Assembly: GCA_965248755.1 (NCBI GenBank)
Contig: OZ252149.1
Span: 64,001-128,000, forward strand
Source of the DNA: Candidatus Latescibacterota bacterium
Lineage (GTDB): Bacteria; Latescibacterota; CBDEFO01
Direction: 5' to 3'
Length of the DNA: 64,000 bases
The notes under the pieces are model-generated. The model worked only from the letters and a program-made list of their open reading frames with translations, did not search any database and had not been told where the DNA came from. Shown here one piece after another: positions 18,833 to 28,442 of the stretch. Made by a program: the position numbers and the translations under genes. Every line of letters begins with the position of its first letter. Within the stretch, counting starts at the first letter, position 1.

Positions 18833-20560
18833 TTATTCCTCGCGCTCGATCCGCACAATCTGATAGTGTCCCGATTCCCACACGTAAAAATAGACCCTTG
18901 TATATTTGGATGTCTGACCGTCACGTAGGGTCCGGATCTCGTACCCGTAAAACTGCCTCGCAGTCAGATTTTCCTCCAGAGGGATAAGAGTCTCCCCGCG
19001 CAGTATCTTTTCTGGGCCGATCGCCTTCCCCCGGTCGTTCAACAGCCTATACCGATAGGTCGTCTCCGATAAAGAGGCGAGTTTCCCACGCACGGCTAAG
19101 TCTTCAAACTTCATCCCTTTGCTGTCTATGGAAAACCGATCGAGGGGATTGATCTTGCCAAACCAGTAGCGTCCTATTATGTCCCGGCGTTCGATCAAAA
19201 GGCGGGTCAGTTCCACCTCCGCTTTCGGGTTGGATAAGCGTCCGGTCTTTACCATCGCCGCGATCTCCTCATCCGAGAACGACATAACGATTTTGGCACC
19301 CCAGTAGCCGTCCCGGTTGGTGCGCCGCTGAAACGCCGGGTTAGGATAGGTGGGCGACCACCTCCCCGGATGGAAGACCTCACTTTCGAAATACCCGATG
19401 GAGGGATATTTCATCGGCAGGGGATCCTCCCACGCCTTCTTGTAGAAGCCCAGTGCAAAGAGCGACAGCCCGATATTCCGAGGGTCGAAGACATATTCGT
19501 TCCCGTACATTGGAGGATGGGGCATCCAGTAGTTGCTGCCAATTGTAGACCCCATGTCGATGAGGTAGTGCTTGATGTAGCGTCGTCCCTTTTCGTCGGT
19601 CACGTACATATCCAGCGTGTTGGCGGCGCGCCGGTCGCTGTCGTTTATCCAGGAGCCGATGACCCGCAGGCCGCGCAGTTCCCGCCGATGCTGATGTTTC
19701 ACCCGGTCGTTCGGGTCGTCCCTGCGCCGGCCGTGAAAATTGAAGACGCCGACAGGAACAATTCCTTCTAAAAACTCGCTTGCCAGGCACCGCAAGCGGC
19801 CGTCGGGTTGAACGGGGATGTGATTGAGAATGCCGCGAAGATCGGCTTCGGTCATCGGACGTTTAGTGCCTCCAGGTGCCGGTACCTTCGCCTTCGGGCC
19901 GATCTTCAGAATGGACGGATCAAAAAAGACGACGGAGTTTTTGGGGACGCTGTACCCAGAAGCGTACAGAATCTTGGTCGAAATCGTCTCCGCTGCGGAG
20001 GCCATCTCCTCGTTCCTCTCGGCGTCGAACTTGAGAACGAATATAGTTCCGGATACATCCTTGATCCTAAAGCCAGCTGATCCCCCTTCGAACTTACCCT
20101 TGATGATCTCCCAGGGACCGCTGGTATCGGGCTGGGCAACGCCCGGACCCCGCATCAGCTCTTCAATCGTCATCGGGCGGTGGAAATGCCGGTTGGTGTA
20201 CCAGGAGGAGTCTGACGCCTCATCCAGGGCGTTGACGTTATCGGCCTGCTTGACGGGGACTATGTTAAGCAGATTTCCGACCCGCCGTGCAGTCCAACCG
20301 AGGTCGAGGAGCTTGCCGACTTGATAGAAAAGTGTCATATCTATGATGTCCCAGATCTGGTTTTCCTTGACCTCCTTCGGCTTTGGTATGGTCTTGTTGT
20401 CCGCGTCGAACCACTTGATAGGCTTCGTCTTTAGGTTTAGCCCGGAGCCGCAACCCGTCATTATTAGAAGACAGTAGACAGTGGTCAGTAGACGGAGGCA
20501 CCATCTCCCCTCCCTGTCTACTGTTTGCTGTTTGCTGTTTACTCGCTTTTCTGTATCCAT
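18833..20560 (-). CDS. Hypothetical lipoprotein with atypical kinase-like (PI3/PI4K/HipA/CotH-type) motifs
   Basis: Lipobox MTGC; Gly loop GKFEGGSAGF; FVLKFD Lys; alphaC Glu (AAETIS); GYSVP; catalytic loop NDSDRRAAN; IDMG. Confidence 0.75.
   Translation of the reverse strand: MDTEKRVNSKQQTVDREGRWCLRLLTTVYCLLIMTGCGSGLNLKTKPIKWFDADNKTIPKPKEVKENQIWDIIDMTLFYQVGKLLDLGWTARRVGNLLNIVPVKQADNVNALDEASDSSWYTNRHFHRPMTIEELMRGPGVAQPDTSGPWEIIKGKFEGGSAGFRIKDVSGTIFVLKFDAERNEEMASAAETISTKILYASGYSVPKNSVVFFDPSILKIGPKAKVPAPGGTKRPMTEADLRGILNHIPVQPDGRLRCLASEFLEGIVPVGVFNFHGRRRDDPNDRVKHQHRRELRGLRVIGSWINDSDRRAANTLDMYVTDEKGRRYIKHYLIDMGSTIGSNYWMPHPPMYGNEYVFDPRNIGLSLFALGFYKKAWEDPLPMKYPSIGYFESEVFHPGRWSPTYPNPAFQRRTNRDGYWGAKIVMSFSDEEIAAMVKTGRLSNPKAEVELTRLLIERRDIIGRYWFGKINPLDRFSIDSKGMKFEDLAVRGKLASLSETTYRYRLLNDRGKAIGPEKILRGETLIPLEENLTARQFYGYEIRTLRDGQTSKYTRVYFYVWESGHYQIVRIEREE
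20469..20543. repeat. Inverted arrays of ACAGTAG/ACAGCAA-type heptamers inside the 5' end of the kinase-like gene
   Basis: agacagt agacagt ggtcagt agac ... ctgtcta ctgtttg ctgtttg ctgttta; the same heptamers occur near 23589, 32637, 58270 and 61177. Confidence 0.65.
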
Positions 20561-21555
20561 TTGCCAGGTCCCACAGGTTTGAGCGAAAAGTCCAGGCTAT
20601 CCCTTTCTATGGTCACAAGCACGTAGTGGTCGCCTCGGTAGGCTACAGCCCGATACTTAGGCGTCTCCTTTGAAGGTGTATGCGTAGGAGCGCCGCCGCC
20701 GCCGGTGACCACAAAATCGACCCCACGATAGATATAGTGTTCGTAGAAGTGGCTGTGTCCCGTAAAGACTACAGTCCGGGCGTAGGGGTCCTTCTCCTTT
20801 CGCCGCGCAAGGTGATCAGCTAAAACCTTTCGCAGACGCTGCTCCTGGGGTCTGGGTACATGTCCTTTGTTCCATCTGAACAGAAACCGCCGGGCCAGCC
20901 CCCCCGAGCCGCTGGAAAATACCGTGTGATGGAGCACTACAAACAGGAAGCGACTTTCGGATGCCTCGTCCAGGCGCTCTCGGAACCACCGGGCATGGAC
21001 ATTTGTCGAATCTTCCGCTCCGATCCAGGGTGGCATTGTCGAATCGATAAAGATGAAGTAGGTGTCTTTCATATGGAAGGCGTAGCTTGAAGCCTGTCCG
21101 ATCGTCTCACCAAAGATATTGACGTAGTCGTCGCTGTCCCCTCCTTTGTGGTCATGGTTGCCCCGGACCGGATAGAAAAACCGTGGCTTCAAGAGAGGTG
21201 TCGTATCCTCTTTGAAGTACGTCCAGAGCAATTTGTCCACGCCGCGCTTCACCAGATCTCCTGTGTGGATCACGAAATCGGGGGACTCTTTTGCGATGGT
21301 CTCTACCACCGCCCGGCGTCTGCGGCGGCGGGCGGAATCATAGCGTAAATCCTTTGGATTTTTGCTGATTCGATTGTCTCCATACACTACAAAGACAACA
21401 GTATCCCTCCGAGCAATAGCCAGGCTGATCGGAGGCGGCACGGACGCCCGTAAACCTTTTTGCGTTAGTCTCGGTGCGGCGCATCCGCCCGCGATCAGGA
21501 GCAGAACAAGCATCCCAAGCCAGATCGACACGGAGTGGGCGTACCACCTCGCCAT
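20539..21555 (-). CDS. Calcineurin-like metallophosphoesterase, predicted lipoprotein
   Basis: Lipobox IAGGC; motifs YGDNR, HTGDLV, RGNHD, LHH, GHSHFYEH, VTGGGG. Start set at ATG 21555. Confidence 0.88.
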   Translation of the reverse strand: MARWYAHSVSIWLGMLVLLLIAGGCAAPRLTQKGLRASVPPPISLAIARRDTVVFVVYGDNRISKNPKDLRYDSARRRRRRAVVETIAKESPDFVIHTGDLVKRGVDKLLWTYFKEDTTPLLKPRFFYPVRGNHDHKGGDSDDYVNIFGETIGQASSYAFHMKDTYFIFIDSTMPPWIGAEDSTNVHARWFRERLDEASESRFLFVVLHHTVFSSGSGGLARRFLFRWNKGHVPRPQEQRLRKVLADHLARRKEKDPYARTVVFTGHSHFYEHYIYRGVDFVVTGGGGAPTHTPSKETPKYRAVAYRGDHYVLVTIERDSLDFSLKPVGPGKWIQKSE

Positions 21556-21644
21556 CCGGCCTTTCCCCCGAAAAGTCCTTCGTCCACTTCGTGGCTTGCT
21601 GCCTCCCCAGCAAAGCGGCCATACTGCCTTTCGGGGGACTCTGA

Positions 21645-23093
21645 TCAAAATTTCTGCTCCAGTGTAAACCCCACAAGCGCCTCCTCGGCAGCGCTGTGGC
21701 CAACCCGCAGCTTGCCCAGGAAACCGGTTTCGGACCCGAAAATGATCCCGCCTCCATAGGAAGTCCGGAATCGATCGAAATAAATCTGATCGTAGTCGTC
21801 GAAGACCTGTCCCTCATCCCAAAATAGGAAGGCGTTCCATCTCCCTCTCAAGGAGTCCCAGATCGGATACCGGTATTCAGCGCTCAAAAGCAGTGATCCT
21901 TCACCCCTTAAAAAGCCGCGGTGATAGCCCCTCAAGTGATAGCTTCCAAAGATCGCCAGATCCGGGTACGGGATAATACCGTCTCCGATCCGATGAGCCT
22001 TCTCCAGACGTGCCCGCAACGCCAGGATCCGGTTGCGGAAGAAGAGAGTAAAAAACCGCTGGACTTCAGCTGTCACCTGCACAAAGCGCACATCATCAGA
22101 TCCGATCACATAGTCCGCCTCGGCCTGCAATAGTCCCCCACGTTCGGGGTAGAAGATGTCCCGAAAGTTATGATAGAAGCCGTCGGTATAGATGATGACT
22201 CGGCCTGGGAAACGGTAGATTAAGGGATGGGAGATCTCCCGCTTAGGCCCTTGGTAGTCCCTGTCGTCGTATGAGATTTGTACCCCGAACGAGTAGAGTG
22301 CGATAACATCCGCCAGCCCGATCAGCAACCGGGCCTGAGACGTGGATCCTGGGTCGGTCAGTGTCCCTTCTGGTTCGAACTGCTGTCGGAAATCTCGCCG
22401 TCCGTATCCGAACCTGACCTCTATATAGACATTTTTCTGATAGGGCTCCAATTCCCTTGCATGGGGACGCCACCCGAGCGTCGTCAACGCGTCGAGCCTC
22501 TCGATCTGAAACCGGCGCGTCGAGTGGTCCCGCACAGCGCCGTTGATAGAGGCACTTCTGTGGCGGGTACGGAGAAAGGTCGCCTCGCTCCTCGAGTAGA
22601 GGCGACTTCCCGCCAGGTTCGGATCGAAGTAGAGGACATCACCTCTCTGCCCGCGTCCCCCAGAATAGACGAAGAGGCCCTCAAACCGTTTTCCCCTCCC
22701 GGCAATGTTCGAGTGGAAGACTCTGACGCCGCCCCCGGTCCCAGTCTCTCCTCCTAACTGAACATGGGGAAAGATGCCGAACGTCCGGTCTGCGTTCATA
22801 AACAGGTTCATAGTCCGAGTCGGCAGATGAGTATGCTCCGCCCAGATCGTGAACTTCTTCAGGGGATGTAAGATCAGATTCATCAATGACTTGGGAATGG
22901 TTTGTGGAACGGAGAGGAAGTGCCCTGCAACGCTTCCCTTCGACTCGTAGACATCGTTTGTATCGATCTCCGCGGTCTGCTGTGGGTGGGCGGGCGATGC
23001 CCCGACCAAAGTCAGACCAATACAAAGTGGTAAGACGTGCACTCCGTATGCGACCACTGCGTGTAGAAGTGCTGAAAATAAGCTTCGTTCCAT
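21645..23093 (-). CDS. Omp85/BamA-TamA family outer-membrane beta-barrel without recognisable POTRA domains
   Basis: Signal peptide; amphipathic strands; loop-6 motif LRGYHRGFLRGEG; SAEYRYPIW, FWDEGQV, SYGGGI; C-terminal Phe (FTLEQKF). Confidence 0.85.
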   Translation of the reverse strand: MERSLFSALLHAVVAYGVHVLPLCIGLTLVGASPAHPQQTAEIDTNDVYESKGSVAGHFLSVPQTIPKSLMNLILHPLKKFTIWAEHTHLPTRTMNLFMNADRTFGIFPHVQLGGETGTGGGVRVFHSNIAGRGKRFEGLFVYSGGRGQRGDVLYFDPNLAGSRLYSRSEATFLRTRHRSASINGAVRDHSTRRFQIERLDALTTLGWRPHARELEPYQKNVYIEVRFGYGRRDFRQQFEPEGTLTDPGSTSQARLLIGLADVIALYSFGVQISYDDRDYQGPKREISHPLIYRFPGRVIIYTDGFYHNFRDIFYPERGGLLQAEADYVIGSDDVRFVQVTAEVQRFFTLFFRNRILALRARLEKAHRIGDGIIPYPDLAIFGSYHLRGYHRGFLRGEGSLLLSAEYRYPIWDSLRGRWNAFLFWDEGQVFDDYDQIYFDRFRTSYGGGIIFGSETGFLGKLRVGHSAAEEALVGFTLEQKF

Positions 23094-23322
23094 AACGGGC
23101 AGGCCTTTCCAGGCGATAGGCTAACTTTCAACTATCCTTGATTACGACCACCTCAAGAGTATCTGGCATTGTTCCCTTTCCAATATTATTTGACAAAGGA
23201 GATCGAAACATTCGATCAATATTTTCGTAATATAGGTTCCCATCTTGGTCAACGCAAGCGGAAAATGCACTCATACTAAGCGCCCCTAAATAGACAAAAC
23301 AGAAAAGCAAGGGTTTTTCTAA

Positions 23323-23471
23323 CCCGAATAATTCGTGAAATCTGAGAAGTCTGCATAAATACTGGACTTTCCAGTTATCGCACGAAAACAAAGTTTCTTA
23401 GCCTAAATTGTATAATCGATTGTCGTACATAGAATTATAGAAATTTTCAGCAAGTTTATGAATTAATCAGG
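23323..23471. mobile_element. MITE (149 bp) with CC-starting terminal inverted repeats and CTAA target duplication (IS1380-like ends)
   Basis: CTAA|CCCGAATAATTC ... GAATTAATCAGG|CTAA; same ends as 39936-40185 in the opposite orientation. Confidence 0.7.
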
Positions 23472-24027
23472 CTAAATGTATTGTAGAAGATTTTCAGGGA
23501 TCAGATGATCATGGCCTGATTTGAAGATGCACACTGTAAAAAGGGAGTAAATTGTTCTTGACTACTCTAATATTTCAATATATACTAAACAGGCAGACAG
23601 TAGACGGACAGTCCTCTCTCGCATCCCCGATGCTGTCTGCTCATACGGAAGATAAGGAAGGTTCAAGTGGACACTGTAGATCGCGAAGGTGCATGAGGAG
23701 TCTAAAGCGGTTCTATATCGGGCTCGCGAGAACCTGAAGACGGCAGTAGCCTAAGCAAGTAGATGATCGTCCCCCAAAGGACGGCGTGGGCACTGCGGAC
23801 ATTGCTGCCGCCGCTTCTTGCGGGGCCACGAAATGCCAGCAAACCACAAATTGGTGACATGTGTGGCGTGCCACTTTGCTTGAGAAATATCAAGCCAGGA
23901 AGTAGTCGGAGAAATCTTTAAGGGAAAGTGCTTCTCTGTCGTTTTTATGGCCAGACTGTTTCCGCGCAAACATAAGCCAAGAAAAGGGCCTAAAACTTTA
24001 GAGAGACAGTAGGAGGAAGCTAAGATC

Positions 24028-24915
24028 ATGAACGTAAAAGTTGGTAATGCACCGGATTCCTGGGGCGTCTGGTTTCCCGACGATCCCAAGCAAATCCCAT
24101 GGCAGCGATTTCTGGATGAAGTTGCTGAAGCTGACTACGAATGGATCGAACTGGGTCCCTACGGCTACCTTCCCACGGATCTATCCGTACTGCGAGCCGA
24201 ACTGGACAAGCGCGGCTTGAAAGCGACCGCGGGGTTTGCTATGCGCGATCTTGAGGATATGGCAGTGTGGCCTGCGCTGAAAGAGGAGGTGCTTAAGATA
24301 TGCGAATTGGTGGCAGCCTTGGGGGGTAAATTTCTGGTGTTGATTGATGACACCTATTCCAACCTCTCTACGGGTGAGCCGAAGGTGCCGACCCGCCTGG
24401 ACGACAGCGCATGGAAACGGTTGATCGACACCACGCACAAAGCGGCCGACATTGCGCGTGATAAGTTTGACCTCACCCTCGTCTTCCATCCCCATGCCGA
24501 GACGCACGTCGAGTACGAAGACCAGACCGAGGCATTCATAGAACAGACCGACCCTGACCGCGTTTCGCTGTGCCTGGATACCGGACACTATGCCTATCGC
24601 GGTGGCGACCCTGTGAGCTTCATGCGCCGGCACCACGACCGGGTTCCCTACCTGCATCTTAAGAGCGTCGATCGGGAAATACAGAAGAAAGTCGAAGCCG
24701 AACACATTCCCTTTGCTGTAGCTGTGGGGATGGATATGTTCTGCGAGCCATCCGAGGGGGCAGTCGATTTCCTCGCCTTCCGCGATGTCCTGTTCGACGT
24801 TGACTACAACGGCATTGCTATTGTCGAACAGGATATGTACCCTGCCCCGTTCGATAAACCTTTGCCTATTGCCAAGCGTACCCGCAGTTACCTGCGCCAG
24901 ATCGGGATCGGATGA
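24028..24915 (+). CDS. iolE: 2-keto-myo-inositol dehydratase-like TIM-barrel protein
   Basis: NAPDSWGVWF, ELGPYGYLP, FHPH, LDTGH, HLKS, VEQD; in a cluster with iolD. Confidence 0.75.
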   Translation: MNVKVGNAPDSWGVWFPDDPKQIPWQRFLDEVAEADYEWIELGPYGYLPTDLSVLRAELDKRGLKATAGFAMRDLEDMAVWPALKEEVLKICELVAALGGKFLVLIDDTYSNLSTGEPKVPTRLDDSAWKRLIDTTHKAADIARDKFDLTLVFHPHAETHVEYEDQTEAFIEQTDPDRVSLCLDTGHYAYRGGDPVSFMRRHHDRVPYLHLKSVDREIQKKVEAEHIPFAVAVGMDMFCEPSEGAVDFLAFRDVLFDVDYNGIAIVEQDMYPAPFDKPLPIAKRTRSYLRQIGIG

Positions 24916-25090
24916 ACTCCGGGTGACCTTCGACTTGACACAGCAACTCCGAGCAGCTTTGGCATCGGTTTGATTGACGAGCTATAGAATAGAGTAAACC
25001 TTGCACATCGTGCCCAGCCATCCGGGCAGAATGTGGCCATGGATGTAAGACGATGCGCCGTCTACCGTTTATCCGTTGAAGGAGTTGATG

Positions 25091-26122
25091 ATGATTGAAC
25101 AGCGAGTAAGGTGGGGCTTGTTGAGTACAGCGCGCATCAATGAGCGATTGATCCCAGCGATCCGCCAGTCGGATCGTTCCGAACTGATAGCAGTCGCCAG
25201 TCGGAGTCAGGAGAAGGCAAAGGACTACGCCAGAAAGTGGAACATTCCACGCGCCTACGGCAGATACGAGGACTTTCTGGCGGACGCAGACATCGATGCG
25301 GTCTATATGTCGTTGCCCAATGCACACCATGCGGAGTGGAGCATCAAGTGTGCCGACGCAGGCAAGCACATCCTGTGCGAAAAGCCGATCGCCCTCACTC
25401 CTGAGGATGTGGATCGCATGGCAGATGCCGCTCAAAAAAACGAGGTGACCCTACAGGAAGCGGCCATGTATCGTTTCCATCCGCAGACACGTAAACTCAT
25501 AGAAATGGTGGCCCAAGGTGCCATTGGAGACCTGCGTGTAATACAAGGTAACTTCGGCTTTACCCTCGCCAACAGGCCTGACATACGTCTTAATCCGAGC
25601 CTTGGGGGTGGGTCTCTGTGGGATATCGGCAGCTATCCGGTCAGCTTTGCACGCGCCATAATGAGAGCAGAGCCAGTTGAGGTGATAGGCTGGCAGGTTC
25701 TGGGTGACGATGAGGTGGATCTGACCTTCTGCGGGCAGATGCGTTTTTCTGCCGGCACGCTGGCTCAGTTCAGTTCCAGCTTCCAGACGATGCCACATTC
25801 AGAGGCGGAACTGATCGGCAGCCAGGGAACGATCCACCTGGATCTACCGTGGCTGAATCTCCTCGGTGAAACAGCGCATGTGCGTATTCTTCGCGGGGGT
25901 AGCACCGAGACAGACACTTTCGGGGACAGTAGAGACGATCTTGCCGCAGAGACTTTCACCTACGAGAATTGTCAAGCCTATTTCAATGAAGTGGAAGCTA
26001 TGGTAGCCACTATTCTGGATGACGCACCGCCTACCATTTCGCTAGAGGACAGTCGGGGCAACATCGCTACGCTGGTTGCGTTGTACAGGTCTGCCAGAGA
26101 AAACAAAATGGTAAAACTTTAA
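25091..26122 (+). CDS. Gfo/Idh/MocA family oxidoreductase
   Basis: [29 protein letters not shown]. Confidence 0.9.
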   Translation: MIEQRVRWGLLSTARINERLIPAIRQSDRSELIAVASRSQEKAKDYARKWNIPRAYGRYEDFLADADIDAVYMSLPNAHHAEWSIKCADAGKHILCEKPIALTPEDVDRMADAAQKNEVTLQEAAMYRFHPQTRKLIEMVAQGAIGDLRVIQGNFGFTLANRPDIRLNPSLGGGSLWDIGSYPVSFARAIMRAEPVEVIGWQVLGDDEVDLTFCGQMRFSAGTLAQFSSSFQTMPHSEAELIGSQGTIHLDLPWLNLLGETAHVRILRGGSTETDTFGDSRDDLAAETFTYENCQAYFNEVEAMVATILDDAPPTISLEDSRGNIATLVALYRSARENKMVKL

Positions 26123-26150
26123 TGTCAGCATTGTGAAAGGAGCAGTTCAA

Positions 26151-27338
26151 TTGACAGAGGAACTTCGATCCATAGGAATCGGCGTGATCGGCATGGGGTG
26201 GATGGGCACAGTCCACAGTCGCTCCTATCGACAGATAGCGGATCGCTTTGCTGAGAGCAGCATCCGACCAAGACTGGTCATATGCGCTGACGACGTGGAG
26301 GCCCGGGGGCGCGAGGCGCAAGAGCGATTCGGTTTTGTACGGTACACGACGGATTGGAAGCAGGTAATAGCGGATCCGGACGTTGAGGTGGTAAATATTA
26401 CTGCACCCAACAACATGCATCTGGAAATGGCCAGGGCAGCCGCAGCCGCCGGAAAACACATCTTCTGCGAGAAACCTATCGGTCGGAGCCCTGAGGAAAC
26501 TGCGGAGATCGAGCACGCCGCACGTCAGGCTAACGTCCTGACGTTTGTGGGTTACAACTATCGCTGGGCACCGGTCGTGCAGTATGCCCGACAACTTATT
26601 AAAGAGGGGAAACTGGGCAGGCTGACGCACTACCGAGGCCGCTTCTTGGTCGGATACGCCAGCAATCCGCACGCCGTCCTGTCCTGGCGTTTCCAGCGAG
26701 AATCTGCCGGAATGGGCGCCCTGGCCGACGTGATGTCACATGTTGTCGATATGGCTCATCTAATCGCAGGCCCAATCAGACGTGTAGTAGGCAATCACGA
26801 GACGTTCATCACACAGCGTCCACTAGCGACACCGGGTTCCGGAACCCATTTCTCGGTCAGCACCGGTGGCCCGATGGGCGAGGTCACCAACGAAGACTAC
26901 GTCGGAGCGCTGGCGCAGTTTGAGAACGGCGTTCAGGGCACGCTCGAGGTGTGTCGAATCATCCGAGGCTCTCAGTGCCAGTTGGCCTTTGAGGTACACG
27001 GGACGGACGGCGCCATCAGTTGGGATTTCCAGAACATGAACCAGATCAAGTTGTACCTGGCCAATGAAGATCCTGCACGAGAAGGCTACACGCACATCCT
27101 GAGTGGACCAGCACACCCGTTTCACGCGCACTTCAACCCAGGTCCGGCAATGGGTTTAGGCTACGACGATCTGAAGGTCATCGAAGCCCACCAGTTCTTA
27201 GAGTCAATTTCAAATGGCAGACAGGGGGAGCCCGGTTTTGGCGAGGCACTGGCGGTAGCTTCTGTGCTGGCAGCGATAGAACGATCGTGGGAGACACAGA
27301 AGTGGGAACCAGTACAATCCCTCAAGAAAGGAGAATAG
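26151..27338 (+). CDS. Gfo/Idh/MocA family oxidoreductase (inositol dehydrogenase-like)
   Basis: [29 protein letters not shown]...H; TTG start after AAGGAG. Confidence 0.88.
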   Translation: MTEELRSIGIGVIGMGWMGTVHSRSYRQIADRFAESSIRPRLVICADDVEARGREAQERFGFVRYTTDWKQVIADPDVEVVNITAPNNMHLEMARAAAAAGKHIFCEKPIGRSPEETAEIEHAARQANVLTFVGYNYRWAPVVQYARQLIKEGKLGRLTHYRGRFLVGYASNPHAVLSWRFQRESAGMGALADVMSHVVDMAHLIAGPIRRVVGNHETFITQRPLATPGSGTHFSVSTGGPMGEVTNEDYVGALAQFENGVQGTLEVCRIIRGSQCQLAFEVHGTDGAISWDFQNMNQIKLYLANEDPAREGYTHILSGPAHPFHAHFNPGPAMGLGYDDLKVIEAHQFLESISNGRQGEPGFGEALAVASVLAAIERSWETQKWEPVQSLKKGE

Positions 27339-27343
27339 CCTAT

Positions 27344-28381
27344 ATGGTTGTGAAGACAGCAGAAGAACTTTTGAAGTTCACCACAGACGTTCTGATAGCT
27401 GCCGGAGCCGACGACCGCAATGCCACCCGCGTCGCAGAGGCCTTGATCTCATCTAACCTCTGCGGTGTAGATACGCATGGGGTCATTCACCTCAAGACAT
27501 ACGTAGACAGTATTCGAGCGGGCGAGATTGTACCCACCGCTTGGCCCGAAATCCTGACAGAGGACACCACCAGTGCCCGAATTGGAGGCAACTGGACGTT
27601 TGGCCACGTGACAGCAAAGTATGCTGTGAAAGTAGGGATAGAGAAAGCTAAAAAAGATAACGTGGCGGTCGTAGGAATTGTCCAGGTGAACCACATAGGT
27701 CGTCTCGGTGAGTACGCGGAAATTGCGGCGTCTGAAGGAATGATTTCGATGATCTGGTCTGGGGGCTTTGGCGAAGGAAAGCCGGTGGCTGTACCATATG
27801 GTGGACGCGAACGTATTCTCTCTACAAACCCGATCGCGATGGGTTTCCCCATAGGCGATGGCCCACCGATGCTTATCGACTACGCCACAACCGCTATTGC
27901 CGGGAGCAAGATCCACGTCGCCCAAACTAAAGACGAAATGATTCCACCCGACTCACTTATCGACAAAGAAGGGAATCCCACCACTGATCCGTCTGCCTAC
28001 TTTGACGATGGCGCTCTTCTGCCGTTTGGCAAACACAAGGGTTACGCTTTGATGTTGGCAGTGGAGTTTCTCGGAAGGATTTTTGCCGGAGCTGATACAT
28101 TTGCCGCAGAAACTCGAGGGGGGAAAATTTACAGACATAGCGGCACGACCATGATTGTCTTGAAAGCGGATCTCTTCGAGCCCCTGACGGACTACTCGAG
28201 CCGAGCCGATGAATTAGGACATCGTCTCAGAGCGGTGCCGCCGGCACCCGGGTTTGACGAGGTTCTGATACCGGGAGATCTGGAGGCGCGCTCGCGAGCC
28301 ACCCGCCAGCGGGACGGAATCCCGATCCCCGTAAAGCTCTGGCAAAGACTGACCGACCTGGCCACGTCGCTCAAACTTTGA
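27344..28381 (+). CDS. Ldh_2 family (type 2 malate/L-lactate/sulfolactate dehydrogenase-like) oxidoreductase
   Basis: GVDTHGV, NHIGRLG, STNPIA, DYATT, LLPFGKHKGYAL, VLIPG. Confidence 0.88.
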   Translation: MVVKTAEELLKFTTDVLIAAGADDRNATRVAEALISSNLCGVDTHGVIHLKTYVDSIRAGEIVPTAWPEILTEDTTSARIGGNWTFGHVTAKYAVKVGIEKAKKDNVAVVGIVQVNHIGRLGEYAEIAASEGMISMIWSGGFGEGKPVAVPYGGRERILSTNPIAMGFPIGDGPPMLIDYATTAIAGSKIHVAQTKDEMIPPDSLIDKEGNPTTDPSAYFDDGALLPFGKHKGYALMLAVEFLGRIFAGADTFAAETRGGKIYRHSGTTMIVLKADLFEPLTDYSSRADELGHRLRAVPPAPGFDEVLIPGDLEARSRATRQRDGIPIPVKLWQRLTDLATSLKL

Positions 28382-28442
28382 CGTATAAGTCAGGCAGACT
28401 CAAGATAGTAGCGGGTTGCACCCAACAGAAAGGGAGATACAG

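Noticed and set aside
23620..24000. Possible transposase or sigma-factor C-terminal remnant (IAKVHEESKAVLYRARENLKTAVA)
   Set aside because: It is too short and ambiguous to assign without a homology search.
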